From the IMG/VR virus record IMGVR_UViG_3300042924_001928, positions 1 through 52,582 of that record: DNA of 52,582 nucleotides; one strand, written 5' to 3'. The notes under the pieces were generated by a model, which had not been told where the DNA came from, made no database searches, and saw only the letters and a list, made by a program, of their open reading frames with translations. Shown here piece after piece: positions 26,195-36,453 of this stretch (position 1 is the first letter of the stretch; each line of letters starts with the position of its first letter). Source of the stretch: a virus (lineage: Duplodnaviria; Caudoviricetes). The position numbers and the translations under genes are program-made.

Positions 26195-29100
26195 TTACCG
26201 CTTTGATTTTAAGTAGTCAAGCGGAGATTTCAAAGCGGGAGGTGGAAGATCCTTTTTCCCGGTTGAACGGGCACGGGTTCTAATCTCGTGCATCATCTTG
26301 TACAGCTTGTCGGTTCCGGCCTTAGTAGACCCGTTTCCGAGGGCAGAAACCACATCTGCCGGAAAAACAAATTCCCCGTCTGCCAGCATGGCCGGGATGT
26401 CATCTGACTGGCCATCGCCCTCACCGGCAACGTGCTTGCCATCCCGGAAATCCTCGCGCCCCTTGGCCATTTTGGGCAAACCGCCTTGTTTTGCCATCAG
26501 AGGCAGCGTCATGCCGCCCTGCGCCATCAGCGGTGCAACATACCCACCCTGAGCAAAGCCAACCGGCCCAGATCCGCCCAGGATGTCATCAATCGAGTCT
26601 TCCTTGCCGTAGGAGTAGTACGAGCCCTGCTCAGACTTTGCCGCTTCTTCAGGGTCAAAACCACCACCAGAAAGCACCCTAGCTAGGGTTCCGAGTCCGG
26701 AAAGGTCTTCTTCCTTGGAGCCCATACGCTCTTTAAGGATTGACGCCAGACGCGGGTCAATATTTTCAATCATGGCTTCTCTTTCCATTTCTTCTTGAAT
26801 ATCTTTGACTCGCTCCAGCGGGTCCAGCTTTTTCTCGCCAGTAACGAATGATCTCAACATCTGGGGTTTGATGCCAGTGATATCTCCGGCACCAAATCCG
26901 CCCAACATCAATTGAGATGCGGACATTTTCTGAGGCTTCTTTTTCTTTTCTTTCTCTTTCTCTTTTTTCTTCTTCTTATCTTCGTCGGTCTCGTCTTCCT
27001 CAGTGACTTCCTCCACAGGATCAACGGGTCCTACTGGATCGATCGTCTCAATGTTTGTGACCGGGTTGGTGGTGGTGCTGATAACCGTATTGGTATTCAG
27101 GTCCGTCACCACGGTCGTTTGGGTATTGGTATTTACGTCGGTATTGGTGGTCGTCTGAGTGTTGGTGTTTGTGTCCGTCGTGGTTTGAGTCGTGACCTGA
27201 CCATTTGAGTTCGTCGTGGTCTCTGTCGTAACCCCGGTGTTGTTGTTCACCGTGGTCTGAGTGGTGACGTTGGTATCGGTATTGGTCTGAGTCGTGGTTT
27301 GCGTGTTGGTATTGGTATCAGTCGTCGTCTGAGTGTTCGTGTTGGTGTTCGTGTCAGTCGTCGTCTGGGTCGTGGTGCCAGTGTTGTTGTTGACCGTCGT
27401 TTGGGTCGTCGTGCCCGTGTTGGTGTCGGTCGATGTATTGGTCTGGGTGTTGTTGTTGGTATCCGTGGTCGTGGCCGTATTCACGCCCGTGTTGCTGTTG
27501 GACGTGGTTTCGGTCGTTGTGCCGGTTGTCGGGTTGGTTGACGTCTGAGTCGTTGTGCCAGTTGTGGCGTCCGTGGTCGCCGTCGTTTCCGCGCCGGTGT
27601 TGGCGTTGGTCGATGAGGCCGTTGTTGTCCCCGTCGTGTTATTGGTTGTCGACTCAGTCCTGGTGCCGGTATTGGCGTTCGTGTCGATATTGGTCGTCGT
27701 GTTGGTCGCGTCGTTGTTGATCGTGGTCGTGGTATCACCAGCGCCGCTGACCGTTGTCGACGTAGACCCGGCATCCGATGCGGTGCCAGCCGTCTTCCCA
27801 AGAGACGAAAGATTCGACAAGTCACCCACCGTGATGGGTTTGTTGTCAGCATTGAACCCAATGAAGATGTCCGGAGCTACATAAACCTTTCCGTTCACCC
27901 CGGAACCGGTCACCGACGACCCAATGAAGTCGCCCAACGTCACAGCGTTACCGCTCTGATCCTTGCCAACAGCGATGTTCAGGTCGTTGATCTTTAGGCC
28001 GCCGGTCGTGGCAAGGTTGTTGACAACCTGCTCGGCCACCGCGGTATTGGCCACGTTTTGGGCCTGCTCCGGGCTCATACCTGAGGCGGTCATGGCCGTG
28101 ACAATGTCGGAGCCTGCCGCCTTCAGATCCACGCCTGGGCGCAGCGAAGAGTTGATTGCGCTGGTCAGAGCCGCAGCCTGATTGGGATCTGTGGTCGTGG
28201 AGGTAATGATCTCCGTAGTGGCATCGCCAGCACGAGAAATCTCCGAGACCACCGTGATGGTTCCCACGGCCTTACCCGCCACCACGGAACCTACCGTGCC
28301 TTGAGTCATCGCCTTGTTTAGATCGATCGTGCCGGTCGCAAAGTAATCCGACATGGCCGATGCGGCAAACTCTTCCGGATATTCGGTAACAGCCTCTTTG
28401 GTGGCCGCCTTGCCGGTTTCTTTTGCCACTACCTTAGCGCCTGTATCGGCCGCCCCGGTTGACACGCTTCCTGCTCGCTTGATCCACGGCATGTCAGCCA
28501 CGGGGCCAAGCACAGACGCAACAGCACCAGCACCAGCGGCCGACTTCTGCGCGGCAGTGTGGGCGTCGGCCTCACTCATGCCTGCATCAACGGCTGCCTT
28601 CTTGGTGTCGTTGTAGTTAGCGCCGCCAGCTTCCCAGGCGTTCATAAAGGCGTCAGCACCAAGGGCCAACAGCTTGCCGCCGTACTTCAGAGCGGCCGCA
28701 CCAGTAAGCAAAGGCACGCCCTCTTCAAAGACCTCGTTAGCACCCAGGGTCAAGATGGCCGAGGGGTTGTCCCACAAAGCCCTGCCCAGTTCGATGAACT
28801 TGTTGTCGAAGCCCTCAACCTTGGCCACTCGGTCCATCACGTTCTTTTCAGCGCCGATGAGGTATTCGCCCATGCGATCGCTACCCCAGTTCTTCATGTC
28901 ATTCGCAATCCGAACAATGCCGCTGTTCTTATCGATGACATTGACAGCCTGGAGGCCGCCAGCCATGTTTTCGAGGAAATTACCGCCTGCGCGAGTAACA
29001 GTTCCAATAGTCTTGACGACCGGGTCGATTAGCTGCTTGCTGATGCCGTCTCCGACGACAACATAGTCACCCAGAAGACCTCCGGCCAACAGGAAGTCAT

Positions 29101-31945
29101 CCATCGTGCCAAACGTGGTCGCTGGCGTAGATGTGTCAACCGCAGAGGTATTGAGCTTAGAGAAAGCATCTGCCGCAGCTTTAGAGTCGTATCCCGCGTA
29201 TGAGCCGCGTCCAGCACCAGCGCCAAGTTGGGCGTATCGAGCCTGATCAGATGCGGCGGCCAGAGACGGATTTTCTTCCCGGGTGTCAGTGCTGTACTTC
29301 TTGCCGTTCCACTCAAAGATCTGGCCTGGGCCAAGCTCTTTACGGGCTAGGCTGTAGGCATCTCCGAAGTTCTTCGCCGCAGCAATATTGGCGGCCGTAG
29401 CTTGGGCAGCAACCTCTTGAGCAGTCGCGCTCATGGCGTAGGTCTTGCCGCCGTATGTGAAGTTGGTAAATCCACGAGCGCCAGCCAGGGCGGCAGCCTC
29501 TTCGAGAGAGTCTGCGTCAGCGTTACCAATGTTCAGAGTGTTGCGAGCCGTGGCATCCGAGATCGCCCTGTCCAGATTGCCAAACTCAGTGTCCACCGCC
29601 GTGACGCCGCTCATGATGTCGGCGGCGGTGTTTCCGGTGGTGGCAGTTGTTTTGGTATCTGTTCCGCTAGATGCACTAACGTTGGTCACCGCATTCGCAG
29701 CATTCAGAGCCTCATCTTCAGTGGCTCCAGCATTGATGGCCGCGATGTACGTAGCCTCGCCAAGATCTGTTGCTCCGGAATCCGTGATGCTGCCGTTGGT
29801 CACGTTATTGACAAGCGTAGTGACCGTATCCGTGTTGTTCAGATTGTTTGCGGCATTGATCGTCGAGCCAAGATTCATGATGCCGTTAGTCAAGGCACCA
29901 ATATTCCCGGACTGAGCGGCCTGAACGATTTGAGCAGCCGCACCAGCGGTCTGAAGATCGGCACTATTGGTCAGCTTGCCAGCGCCAGTCAAGACGGCGG
30001 CGAAATCGCCACGGGACGCAGCATCCGCAACATTTAGAGCCGTACCGACGTCAGCCAGCGAGATGGTGTCGGTGAGCATCGTAGAGCCCGCCGCTGCTGC
30101 CACATTGGGGTTGGCCAACAGAGTAGACACCACCGCGGTGACATTGCCTTTATCGATGGCATTGGCCACATTCAAAGCGGTAGCAACGTTGGTATAGCCA
30201 CCGGCGCCAGCCAAAGATGCCAGGGCGCCAATTACGTTGCCCTGCTTGGCAGCCAAGGCGGCGTTTGCAATCATGGCAAACGGCTGCACGCCCGGGATGA
30301 AGGAAGCAACAGTCAGGACGGCCGACAGAGCGCCCATGGCGCCGCTTTCTCTGCCGTAAGTGGTGAACTCAGGCTTGCCGGTCGTTGGGTTGATGATGAT
30401 CTGATACTCGGTCGACCCCTTGCCGGTGGCCGTTCCTCCGATATTGATCATCAACGGGTCAAGACCATTGATCACCTGAGTCAATACATTGTCGCCAGCG
30501 TATAGAGCCTTGCCGGAGAGGATGTCGTTGGCGGTCCTCCGGATCGTGGCGCCACCCTCGGCGTCATACGTAGTTTCCGAGGTGATCCGATCGGCCTCGT
30601 CCTTCGTCAGAATCCTAGTGGTGAACCTATCGGGATTGTTGGGGTCGACGATTGTTGCAACGTACTGGCCAGTTGGCTGACCGTTTTCATCAGTCATCTC
30701 CCTAACATCGATGTCAGAGAAAACGTCCTTGACCTTGAGTTGGCTAAGGTCCGTAATGCCCTGATCCATCAGGTTACGGGCCATGTCCAAGATCACCTGC
30801 TCGGCAGCAGACGGGTCCTTTCCAAGGATGCGCTTGGCCTCGTTGAAGTCAAAACCAATGCTCTCGCCCTTGGTTCCAAAAGCTCCGCCTGACAACGATC
30901 CCAGGTTAGGAATGATCTGAGCCGCAAGGGCCAGCAAAGTATTCTTGTCGTACGCCTGCCCGCGGTAGTCGTAGATCTTGTCGGCAGCATTTGGGGCTTC
31001 ACCGTTGGGACCTGTACGCCCTTCATACCGGCCATGAGCCTGCCAATGCTGCGCGGCAAACTCTTCGGGCGACATGTTGGCGGCAGCACCGCTGGTTTGG
31101 TACTCCTGAGCAACATCCGGGTTCTTGTCGAAATACCCGTTCTTGGCCACCACCGCGTTTGCGGTGTTGTTGTTGGCGGCCGTATTGACGTTGGCGCTCG
31201 CAAGACCGGACACCACGTTATCAGTGGTTTGTCCCGTAGAAGCCGCTAAATTGTTAACGCTGACATCGCCTGCGCGTACAGAGTCAGCAAGATTGCGGAC
31301 GTTTTCATCAACCGTCGTGGTGTTGGAAAGATTCCCTCCGGTCGTCAACTGGGTGGTTGCGTTTGAGAGATTTGACGCTGCACCAGTAGTGACCGCACCG
31401 GTAGCGGCAGTAATCGCCCCGGCGGCGTCTCCGGTAGTTGCTCCGGTAGTTGCCCCGGTTGCACCAGTTTCGGCGCCGGTCGTCAATCCGGTTGTTGCTC
31501 CAGTTGTTGCTCCCGCAAGAGTTCCCGACGTTGAACCCGCCGCAACATTCCCGGTGGCGGCATCCAGTGCCGACGTGGATGATGCCGTTGAGTCTTGTTG
31601 CGTGAATCCCCTGCCCGGATTGAGAAGAGCATCAACAGCGTCCAGGCCCATGCCGGTAGCTCTAGCGATGTCTTGATTGCTTACGCCGTACTGATTGGCT
31701 GCCTGAGTTAGGTTCGCCGCTCTCTGGATGTCCGTCATGTCCTGGTTGGCCAGGACGTTGTTGACGTAGTTATTGATGTTGGTGAAGTACTGATCTTCTC
31801 CAATTCCACCCGCGCTGGTCGCAGTTTGATACCCCGAAGAACCCAACGGGGACGTGTACACAGACCCATCATCGAAGGTCTGACTATCGCTGTAGTCAGT
31901 GTCTTCAAAATCAAGGTAGTAGCGACGCTGCGACGGAAGTGCCAT
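26195..31945 (-). CDS. Giant putative internal virion protein
   Basis: 1916 aa, Thr/Ala-rich, 11-aa Thr/Asn repeats, C-terminal GDGQSDDIPAMLADGEFV module. Confidence 0.7.
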   Translation of the reverse strand: MALPSQRRYYLDFEDTDYSDSQTFDDGSVYTSPLGSSGYQTATSAGGIGEDQYFTNINNYVNNVLANQDMTDIQRAANLTQAANQYGVSNQDIARATGMGLDAVDALLNPGRGFTQQDSTASSTSALDAATGNVAAGSTSGTLAGATTGATTGLTTGAETGATGATTGATTGDAAGAITAATGAVTTGAASNLSNATTQLTTGGNLSNTTTVDENVRNLADSVRAGDVSVNNLAASTGQTTDNVVSGLASANVNTAANNNTANAVVAKNGYFDKNPDVAQEYQTSGAAANMSPEEFAAQHWQAHGRYEGRTGPNGEAPNAADKIYDYRGQAYDKNTLLALAAQIIPNLGSLSGGAFGTKGESIGFDFNEAKRILGKDPSAAEQVILDMARNLMDQGITDLSQLKVKDVFSDIDVREMTDENGQPTGQYVATIVDPNNPDRFTTRILTKDEADRITSETTYDAEGGATIRRTANDILSGKALYAGDNVLTQVINGLDPLMINIGGTATGKGSTEYQIIINPTTGKPEFTTYGRESGAMGALSAVLTVASFIPGVQPFAMIANAALAAKQGNVIGALASLAGAGGYTNVATALNVANAIDKGNVTAVVSTLLANPNVAAAAGSTMLTDTISLADVGTALNVADAASRGDFAAVLTGAGKLTNSADLQTAGAAAQIVQAAQSGNIGALTNGIMNLGSTINAANNLNNTDTVTTLVNNVTNGSITDSGATDLGEATYIAAINAGATEDEALNAANAVTNVSASSGTDTKTTATTGNTAADIMSGVTAVDTEFGNLDRAISDATARNTLNIGNADADSLEEAAALAGARGFTNFTYGGKTYAMSATAQEVAAQATAANIAAAKNFGDAYSLARKELGPGQIFEWNGKKYSTDTREENPSLAAASDQARYAQLGAGAGRGSYAGYDSKAAADAFSKLNTSAVDTSTPATTFGTMDDFLLAGGLLGDYVVVGDGISKQLIDPVVKTIGTVTRAGGNFLENMAGGLQAVNVIDKNSGIVRIANDMKNWGSDRMGEYLIGAEKNVMDRVAKVEGFDNKFIELGRALWDNPSAILTLGANEVFEEGVPLLTGAAALKYGGKLLALGADAFMNAWEAGGANYNDTKKAAVDAGMSEADAHTAAQKSAAGAGAVASVLGPVADMPWIKRAGSVSTGAADTGAKVVAKETGKAATKEAVTEYPEEFAASAMSDYFATGTIDLNKAMTQGTVGSVVAGKAVGTITVVSEISRAGDATTEIITSTTTDPNQAAALTSAINSSLRPGVDLKAAGSDIVTAMTASGMSPEQAQNVANTAVAEQVVNNLATTGGLKINDLNIAVGKDQSGNAVTLGDFIGSSVTGSGVNGKVYVAPDIFIGFNADNKPITVGDLSNLSSLGKTAGTASDAGSTSTTVSGAGDTTTTINNDATNTTTNIDTNANTGTRTESTTNNTTGTTTASSTNANTGAETTATTDATTGTTTQTSTNPTTGTTTETTSNSNTGVNTATTTDTNNNTQTNTSTDTNTGTTTQTTVNNNTGTTTQTTTDTNTNTNTQTTTDTNTNTQTTTQTNTDTNVTTQTTVNNNTGVTTETTTNSNGQVTTQTTTDTNTNTQTTTNTDVNTNTQTTVVTDLNTNTVISTTTNPVTNIETIDPVGPVDPVEEVTEEDETDEDKKKKKEKEKEKKKKPQKMSASQLMLGGFGAGDITGIKPQMLRSFVTGEKKLDPLERVKDIQEEMEREAMIENIDPRLASILKERMGSKEEDLSGLGTLARVLSGGGFDPEEAAKSEQGSYYSYGKEDSIDDILGGSGPVGFAQGGYVAPLMAQGGMTLPLMAKQGGLPKMAKGREDFRDGKHVAGEGDGQSDDIPAMLADGEFVFPADVVSALGNGSTKAGTDKLYKMMHEIRTRARSTGKKDLPPPALKSPLDYLKSKR
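27060..27740 (-). repeat. Coding tandem repeats of about 33 bp (TTQTTTDTNTN-like)
   Basis: Degenerate 11-aa periodicity in the translation. Confidence 0.8.
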
Positions 31946-31946
31946 A

Positions 31947-32195
31947 TCAATTCACTCGCGGGTTGACTGCGTTGACGACGGCCTCTGCCCATTCCTGCCA
32001 GTCATCAAAGTTGTAAGGCTCGGGCACTCCCTCATTGGCGAATGCATCGATAGTTTTTAAGCCTGCCGCCCAAGACTTCCAGTCCACACCGAGGCCAGGA
32101 ATCTGTAGCTGCTGGGCGGAATAGAGTTCGCACATGAGCGATGCCCACGAGTCGAACGTGTGATACCTGGGGTCGTAAATGAGCGCGACCGTCAT
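31947..32195 (-). CDS. Small Trp-rich virion-module protein
   Basis: 82 aa, coupled between the nozzle-like gene and the giant protein. Confidence 0.7.
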   Translation of the reverse strand: MTVALIYDPRYHTFDSWASLMCELYSAQQLQIPGLGVDWKSWAAGLKTIDAFANEGVPEPYNFDDWQEWAEAVVNAVNPRVN

Positions 32196-34471
32196 GTCGA
32201 GTAGCCTCGTACGTCGCCCAGATCGGCGTTGACGATAACCTTACCAAGCTGATAGTCACCCCCGGAAACGTTGGACACAAACTTCATCCGAAGCTCCCGG
32301 CGCTGCTCACGCATGTCAATTTTCCCGGTAGTAGATGTGAAGGTGTACGGCCCGGTGATTTTGTCCTGCTCCTGAGCGTATGGACGACCCGTCACATAAA
32401 GCTCCATCTCCCCAGACTGAATGAAGTCAGGCTCAACGCGCTCAATGTGTAGCCAGCGGTTTTCGCCGATTGGAGAGGGTTGCGAGGGCCCTCCAGCCAC
32501 CCACCCAAGATCAGACGTCTCAAAGTAGCTCTCGATGGCCAAGACGTTTGTAAATGCCACAGCGTCTTTGCCAACCTCATGCTGCCAGAGGGTCACAAAC
32601 GTCATGGTTGAGTCAATCGTGATGGCAAAGTTTGACCCCGCCGGGATGGCCGCGGTAAGCGTGTCGCCAACGGTGTAGCCGGTACCTCGATCTGTGATGA
32701 CCACAGAAATAGCAACACCGCCAGAAATGATCACGGTTGCCTTTGCCCCGGTTCCGGTTCCGCCGGTCAGGCTAATGTAGGAATACGTACCGTCCGTGTA
32801 TCCAGTTCCCGCGTTGGCGATGCTGACGACGTTGACGCCTCCGGTGTAATTGGGCTCCCAACCGGCATTGATTGGGAACCGGAAAACCTGGGAGAAGTAC
32901 CCAGCGGAGCGGCGGGCTCCCAGGGCCGTTCCTGCGTCGTACCACGTGTTTTCTCGAATGTTGTAAACGATGGCGTCGTTGCACTCTTCCGAGTTGCCCC
33001 GAGGATAGAACCACCAGATCTCCCCGAAACGAGGCACCTTCGTGGCGTAAACCTTCTGGCGCTGCACGTAGTTCAGGTTGTCGAAGAACCAGTTCTGGTT
33101 CATCGGATTGGGGATTTCTTTGACCACGCCGTTGTACAGCAGGAATCGGTCAACGCCGCACCAGTAGTAAATGCCGTCGTATTCGATGATGGACTGAGCC
33201 GACAGGATCGATGACTGACTGCTGATGATGTCGTACCGCCAGAAGGTCGGCGCAGCAAAGTTCGGAGTTCCGGCAACACCCAGCGATTGAGGCGCGTAGG
33301 AGACGCGGATCAAGCTATCAAGGCTCCAGAACAGGCCGGAAGGCGAGTTTGAGCCGCCTCGGACAGGAAACCCTTGCACGATCTTTCCGGTGGCCACGTT
33401 GACTTCGTTTGCGTCCGCAGATACCCAGTCTTCCAGGTTTCCAGCGGCGCAGTTGCGAATCAGCCCGTCATTTCCGTACACAAACACATAAGGATGCAGC
33501 GCCACCACACCACCAGACACGGACACCTCATTGTCGAACGTGAGGGTCACATTGGTGCCGTTGGCCGTGGCGTTCTTGTCCAGGGTAAGCGTAGTTGTCG
33601 TAACCGATAGCACGCGAGTGTCGGCCGGAATACCAGGACCAGTTACCACTTGGCCAGCGCCAATGTTGGTGTTGATTGCTGACAAAGTTACCGTCGGAGA
33701 GCCACTGGTAATGGTTGCTGCCGTTTGAGTAAATACGCCAACAGGGTTCATGGTCGACCCGGAAAGAGGGCCTGCCAGAACGGGCGTGTTGATCTCACTA
33801 TCAATCTGCGACAAGTCCTGAGACGGATGCGCCAGCAGCAGGTTCTGCCCGGTTCCGGACGAATCCGTGAACGTGTCAAACTGCCACAGGTTGTTTTGGC
33901 TTGGCGTAAAACCGGTTGAGGTTGTGGCCACTCGAATTGAGAAGCCAGATCCTGTGCCGCCTATCAAAGAAGCGTCCGCTGTAAGCTGGTCGTAAAGCAG
34001 GTACCCGTAACCGCCGCCGGTGATCGTCACAGACGTCACCACGCCACCTGCGACAACAATAGTCGCAGACGCCCCAGATCCACCGCCAGACGTTACATAG
34101 GAAAGGGGAACGCCGGTGTAGGTTGCGTCTGTGTATGCCGATCCGCCCACTAGGTTGTTCACTGTCAAAACCGAACCACCAAAAGTGATATCGGTAATGC
34201 CCGATCCCGTTCCGTTGTCATCGATGGGGATCAGTTGCAGGCCGTCAGAGTACCCGTTGTAAACGTTGTTGAATGTGTTTCGGGGCACCACGAAGATGCC
34301 CCGAGAAGGTCCTGCCAGTGCGTCAGTGATCTGGCGGTATCCACCCATCTTACGAGGGCGACCGCGTTGAAAACGAACCCACCGACCGTCGACATAGAAC
34401 TCCTTGTCAAACAGAGTTCCATCCCGTTGAATACCGGGCTTAGTGTCGAGGGCAAAGACCTTCTTCGTCAT
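32192..34471 (-). CDS. Tail nozzle / tubular protein B-like (P22 gp10-like)
   Basis: 759 aa, beta-rich; KPGIQRDGT, WVRFQRGRPRKMGG, GEIWWFYP; position before the ejection genes. Confidence 0.7.
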   Translation of the reverse strand: MTKKVFALDTKPGIQRDGTLFDKEFYVDGRWVRFQRGRPRKMGGYRQITDALAGPSRGIFVVPRNTFNNVYNGYSDGLQLIPIDDNGTGSGITDITFGGSVLTVNNLVGGSAYTDATYTGVPLSYVTSGGGSGASATIVVAGGVVTSVTITGGGYGYLLYDQLTADASLIGGTGSGFSIRVATTSTGFTPSQNNLWQFDTFTDSSGTGQNLLLAHPSQDLSQIDSEINTPVLAGPLSGSTMNPVGVFTQTAATITSGSPTVTLSAINTNIGAGQVVTGPGIPADTRVLSVTTTTLTLDKNATANGTNVTLTFDNEVSVSGGVVALHPYVFVYGNDGLIRNCAAGNLEDWVSADANEVNVATGKIVQGFPVRGGSNSPSGLFWSLDSLIRVSYAPQSLGVAGTPNFAAPTFWRYDIISSQSSILSAQSIIEYDGIYYWCGVDRFLLYNGVVKEIPNPMNQNWFFDNLNYVQRQKVYATKVPRFGEIWWFYPRGNSEECNDAIVYNIRENTWYDAGTALGARRSAGYFSQVFRFPINAGWEPNYTGGVNVVSIANAGTGYTDGTYSYISLTGGTGTGAKATVIISGGVAISVVITDRGTGYTVGDTLTAAIPAGSNFAITIDSTMTFVTLWQHEVGKDAVAFTNVLAIESYFETSDLGWVAGGPSQPSPIGENRWLHIERVEPDFIQSGEMELYVTGRPYAQEQDKITGPYTFTSTTGKIDMREQRRELRMKFVSNVSGGDYQLGKVIVNADLGDVRGYST

Positions 34472-35808
34472 TAGAACGCCCCACCAGAAATTCCGCTAGT
34501 GAATGTGCCAGTGGTGCCGCTTACAGCACCGGTGAATGTTCCTGTCGTGCCGCTGACGGCGCCAGTGAATGTCCCGGTTGTTCCGCTAACAGCGCCGGTG
34601 AATGCCCCAGCGCCTGTCACCTGGATTCCTGTTGTCGTGATATCAGTGATCAAGTTGCCAAGGATCGAGACGCCAAATCGACCGGCGCCAGGACGGTAAA
34701 TACCGGTGTTGGTCTCAGAGGCAAAGCTCAGAGACGGAGATCCGGCGCTGCCGTTGATCAGCGTGAATGATGTGCCGCCAGCCTGGACCGTGTTGGCGTT
34801 GAAAAAGTTGGTGCCATCACAGATCAACGTGGCCTGACCAGAGGCCGGAACCGTAGCAGTAGCAGATCCACCGATACCGGTTGTAACGGTCAGGGTGTAG
34901 CCGCCTGCGCTCGTTTGATTCGAGATGACGTACAGGTTCACCACCGGAGGGAACGTGACCGTCACGTTTCCAGACAGCGTGCCGGTGTAGAACTGAATGG
35001 TGTTGGACGCCTCAGAAGCAGTCAGGGTGTACGCGCCGCTAGTGACGGGCTTGGTCAGTACGCCAAACTCAAACTCAGTGCTGGTGCCGTAGCCAATCGT
35101 CACATAAGACGTGCCCGTAGAGACGATAAAGGCCGACTCTCCCGGGGCAAAAGCCTTAGAGATAGAGCCATCAATCAGTTGGCCGCCGGTGGTCCCAAGC
35201 GTGACCGTTCCAGACCCGTTGTTCTTAAACAGAACGAACCAGTTGTCTCCGGTTGTAACGGCTGATGGGAGCGTTGCCGTCGTGAGGCCGCCAGTCCAGA
35301 TGTACGTCTGGGCACGATCCGCGACCGTAAAGGTATACCCGGCAATCAGCGACTGTGTGGGATGGCTCTGATTGAGAGTTGCACCAGACGCCAAAAGGCC
35401 ATAACCGGCAAGAGTTGCCGCGTCAGCATTTGAAGTTCCAACGCCAAAGGCAATGTTGCTCCAGGTGCCTTGCTCGTTGTTGTTAGAGGTGATGTAGATG
35501 TATTTGGCTTCACCAGCGGCAACCGTGATGATCGTGTTGGTGCCAGCGTAGTCCTTGACCGTAAACGTGTTGGCGCCGACGTTGCGAATCAGCGCGTCGT
35601 TTCCGACGGACGACTGATTGGCGGGGGGCATCCAAAGAGACAAGCCTCCCGCGGAGGCTGTCACGTTCATGATTCGAGCGGCGACGTTATCTGTTGCGTT
35701 ACCGTTAATTGGCCACTCCAACTGAGTGTTGGCCGCTAGGGTGACCGCTCGAAACGATACGTCGGTTGGTTGAACAACGTTTCCGGTAAATGGCGAGTTG
35801 TAGCTCAT
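34471..35808 (-). CDS. Tail structural/fibre-base protein
   Basis: 445 aa, beta-rich; GSAGSPSLSF...TGIYRPG; three TGAVSGTTGTF repeats; ends ISGGAF. Confidence 0.65.
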   Translation of the reverse strand: MSYNSPFTGNVVQPTDVSFRAVTLAANTQLEWPINGNATDNVAARIMNVTASAGGLSLWMPPANQSSVGNDALIRNVGANTFTVKDYAGTNTIITVAAGEAKYIYITSNNNEQGTWSNIAFGVGTSNADAATLAGYGLLASGATLNQSHPTQSLIAGYTFTVADRAQTYIWTGGLTTATLPSAVTTGDNWFVLFKNNGSGTVTLGTTGGQLIDGSISKAFAPGESAFIVSTGTSYVTIGYGTSTEFEFGVLTKPVTSGAYTLTASEASNTIQFYTGTLSGNVTVTFPPVVNLYVISNQTSAGGYTLTVTTGIGGSATATVPASGQATLICDGTNFFNANTVQAGGTSFTLINGSAGSPSLSFASETNTGIYRPGAGRFGVSILGNLITDITTTGIQVTGAGAFTGAVSGTTGTFTGAVSGTTGTFTGAVSGTTGTFTSGISGGAF

Positions 35809-35817
35809 GTCGTGTCC

Positions 35818-36453
35818 TTAGGAATCCACAGCGATTGCCTGACGGTCAGCCACGCGCAACTTGTCCTCGGCCATCAAGGTTTGCATGATGGCTTCGTACT
35901 GCTGCTGCCACATCGGGATGCGGTCGTCGTTCTTGAGGAACGGCATGGCCTGCAACAGGGTGCCGTATAGCAGCGCCTGAGGGGCGTAAATGGTGAACCA
36001 GTTGGTCTGGTTGGCCGACTCCAGCGGCTGGATGCGCTCGTAGTACAGGACCTCGAAGTTATAGGCGGCGTTCGGAGTAGGTGCCACCATCCAGTGCGTG
36101 TAGTCGTAATCGCAATAAAACTTTGGCACATCCTCAGAGGCGGGATCTGGCCAATACTCACGCAGATACTCGTATTTGCGAAGCAGCACCGGATATCTCT
36201 TACCGGCCACCGTGATATTCATAGACACGGTTTTGTGCCAGCGAGCGGGCTTATCGATGATGTTGGTGCCCTGAACCATGGCGCTGGTCTGCACCGTCAG
36301 GTTACCGAGAAACTTGATCTGGCTGGCAATAACCTGCTCGGCCAGCATGATGAACAGAGGGATCTTTTCGAGGGTGGCTTGGTCCGTGCGCTCCAGGTAG
36401 GTGCGAACGTTCTCTACCAAGCTGTCATAGGTCATTACGGCCGCAGCAGTCAT
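35818..36453 (-). CDS. Head-tail adaptor / tubular protein A-like
   Basis: MTYDSLVENVRTYLER, IPLFIMLAE, VAPTP, LLYGTL..A.PFLK. Confidence 0.7.
   Translation of the reverse strand: MTAAAVMTYDSLVENVRTYLERTDQATLEKIPLFIMLAEQVIASQIKFLGNLTVQTSAMVQGTNIIDKPARWHKTVSMNITVAGKRYPVLLRKYEYLREYWPDPASEDVPKFYCDYDYTHWMVAPTPNAAYNFEVLYYERIQPLESANQTNWFTIYAPQALLYGTLLQAMPFLKNDDRIPMWQQQYEAIMQTLMAEDKLRVADRQAIAVDS

Noticed and set aside
27060-27740. Periodic repeats as a possible CRISPR array
   Set aside because: Degenerate in-frame coding repeats; no constant repeat with unique spacers and no cas operon
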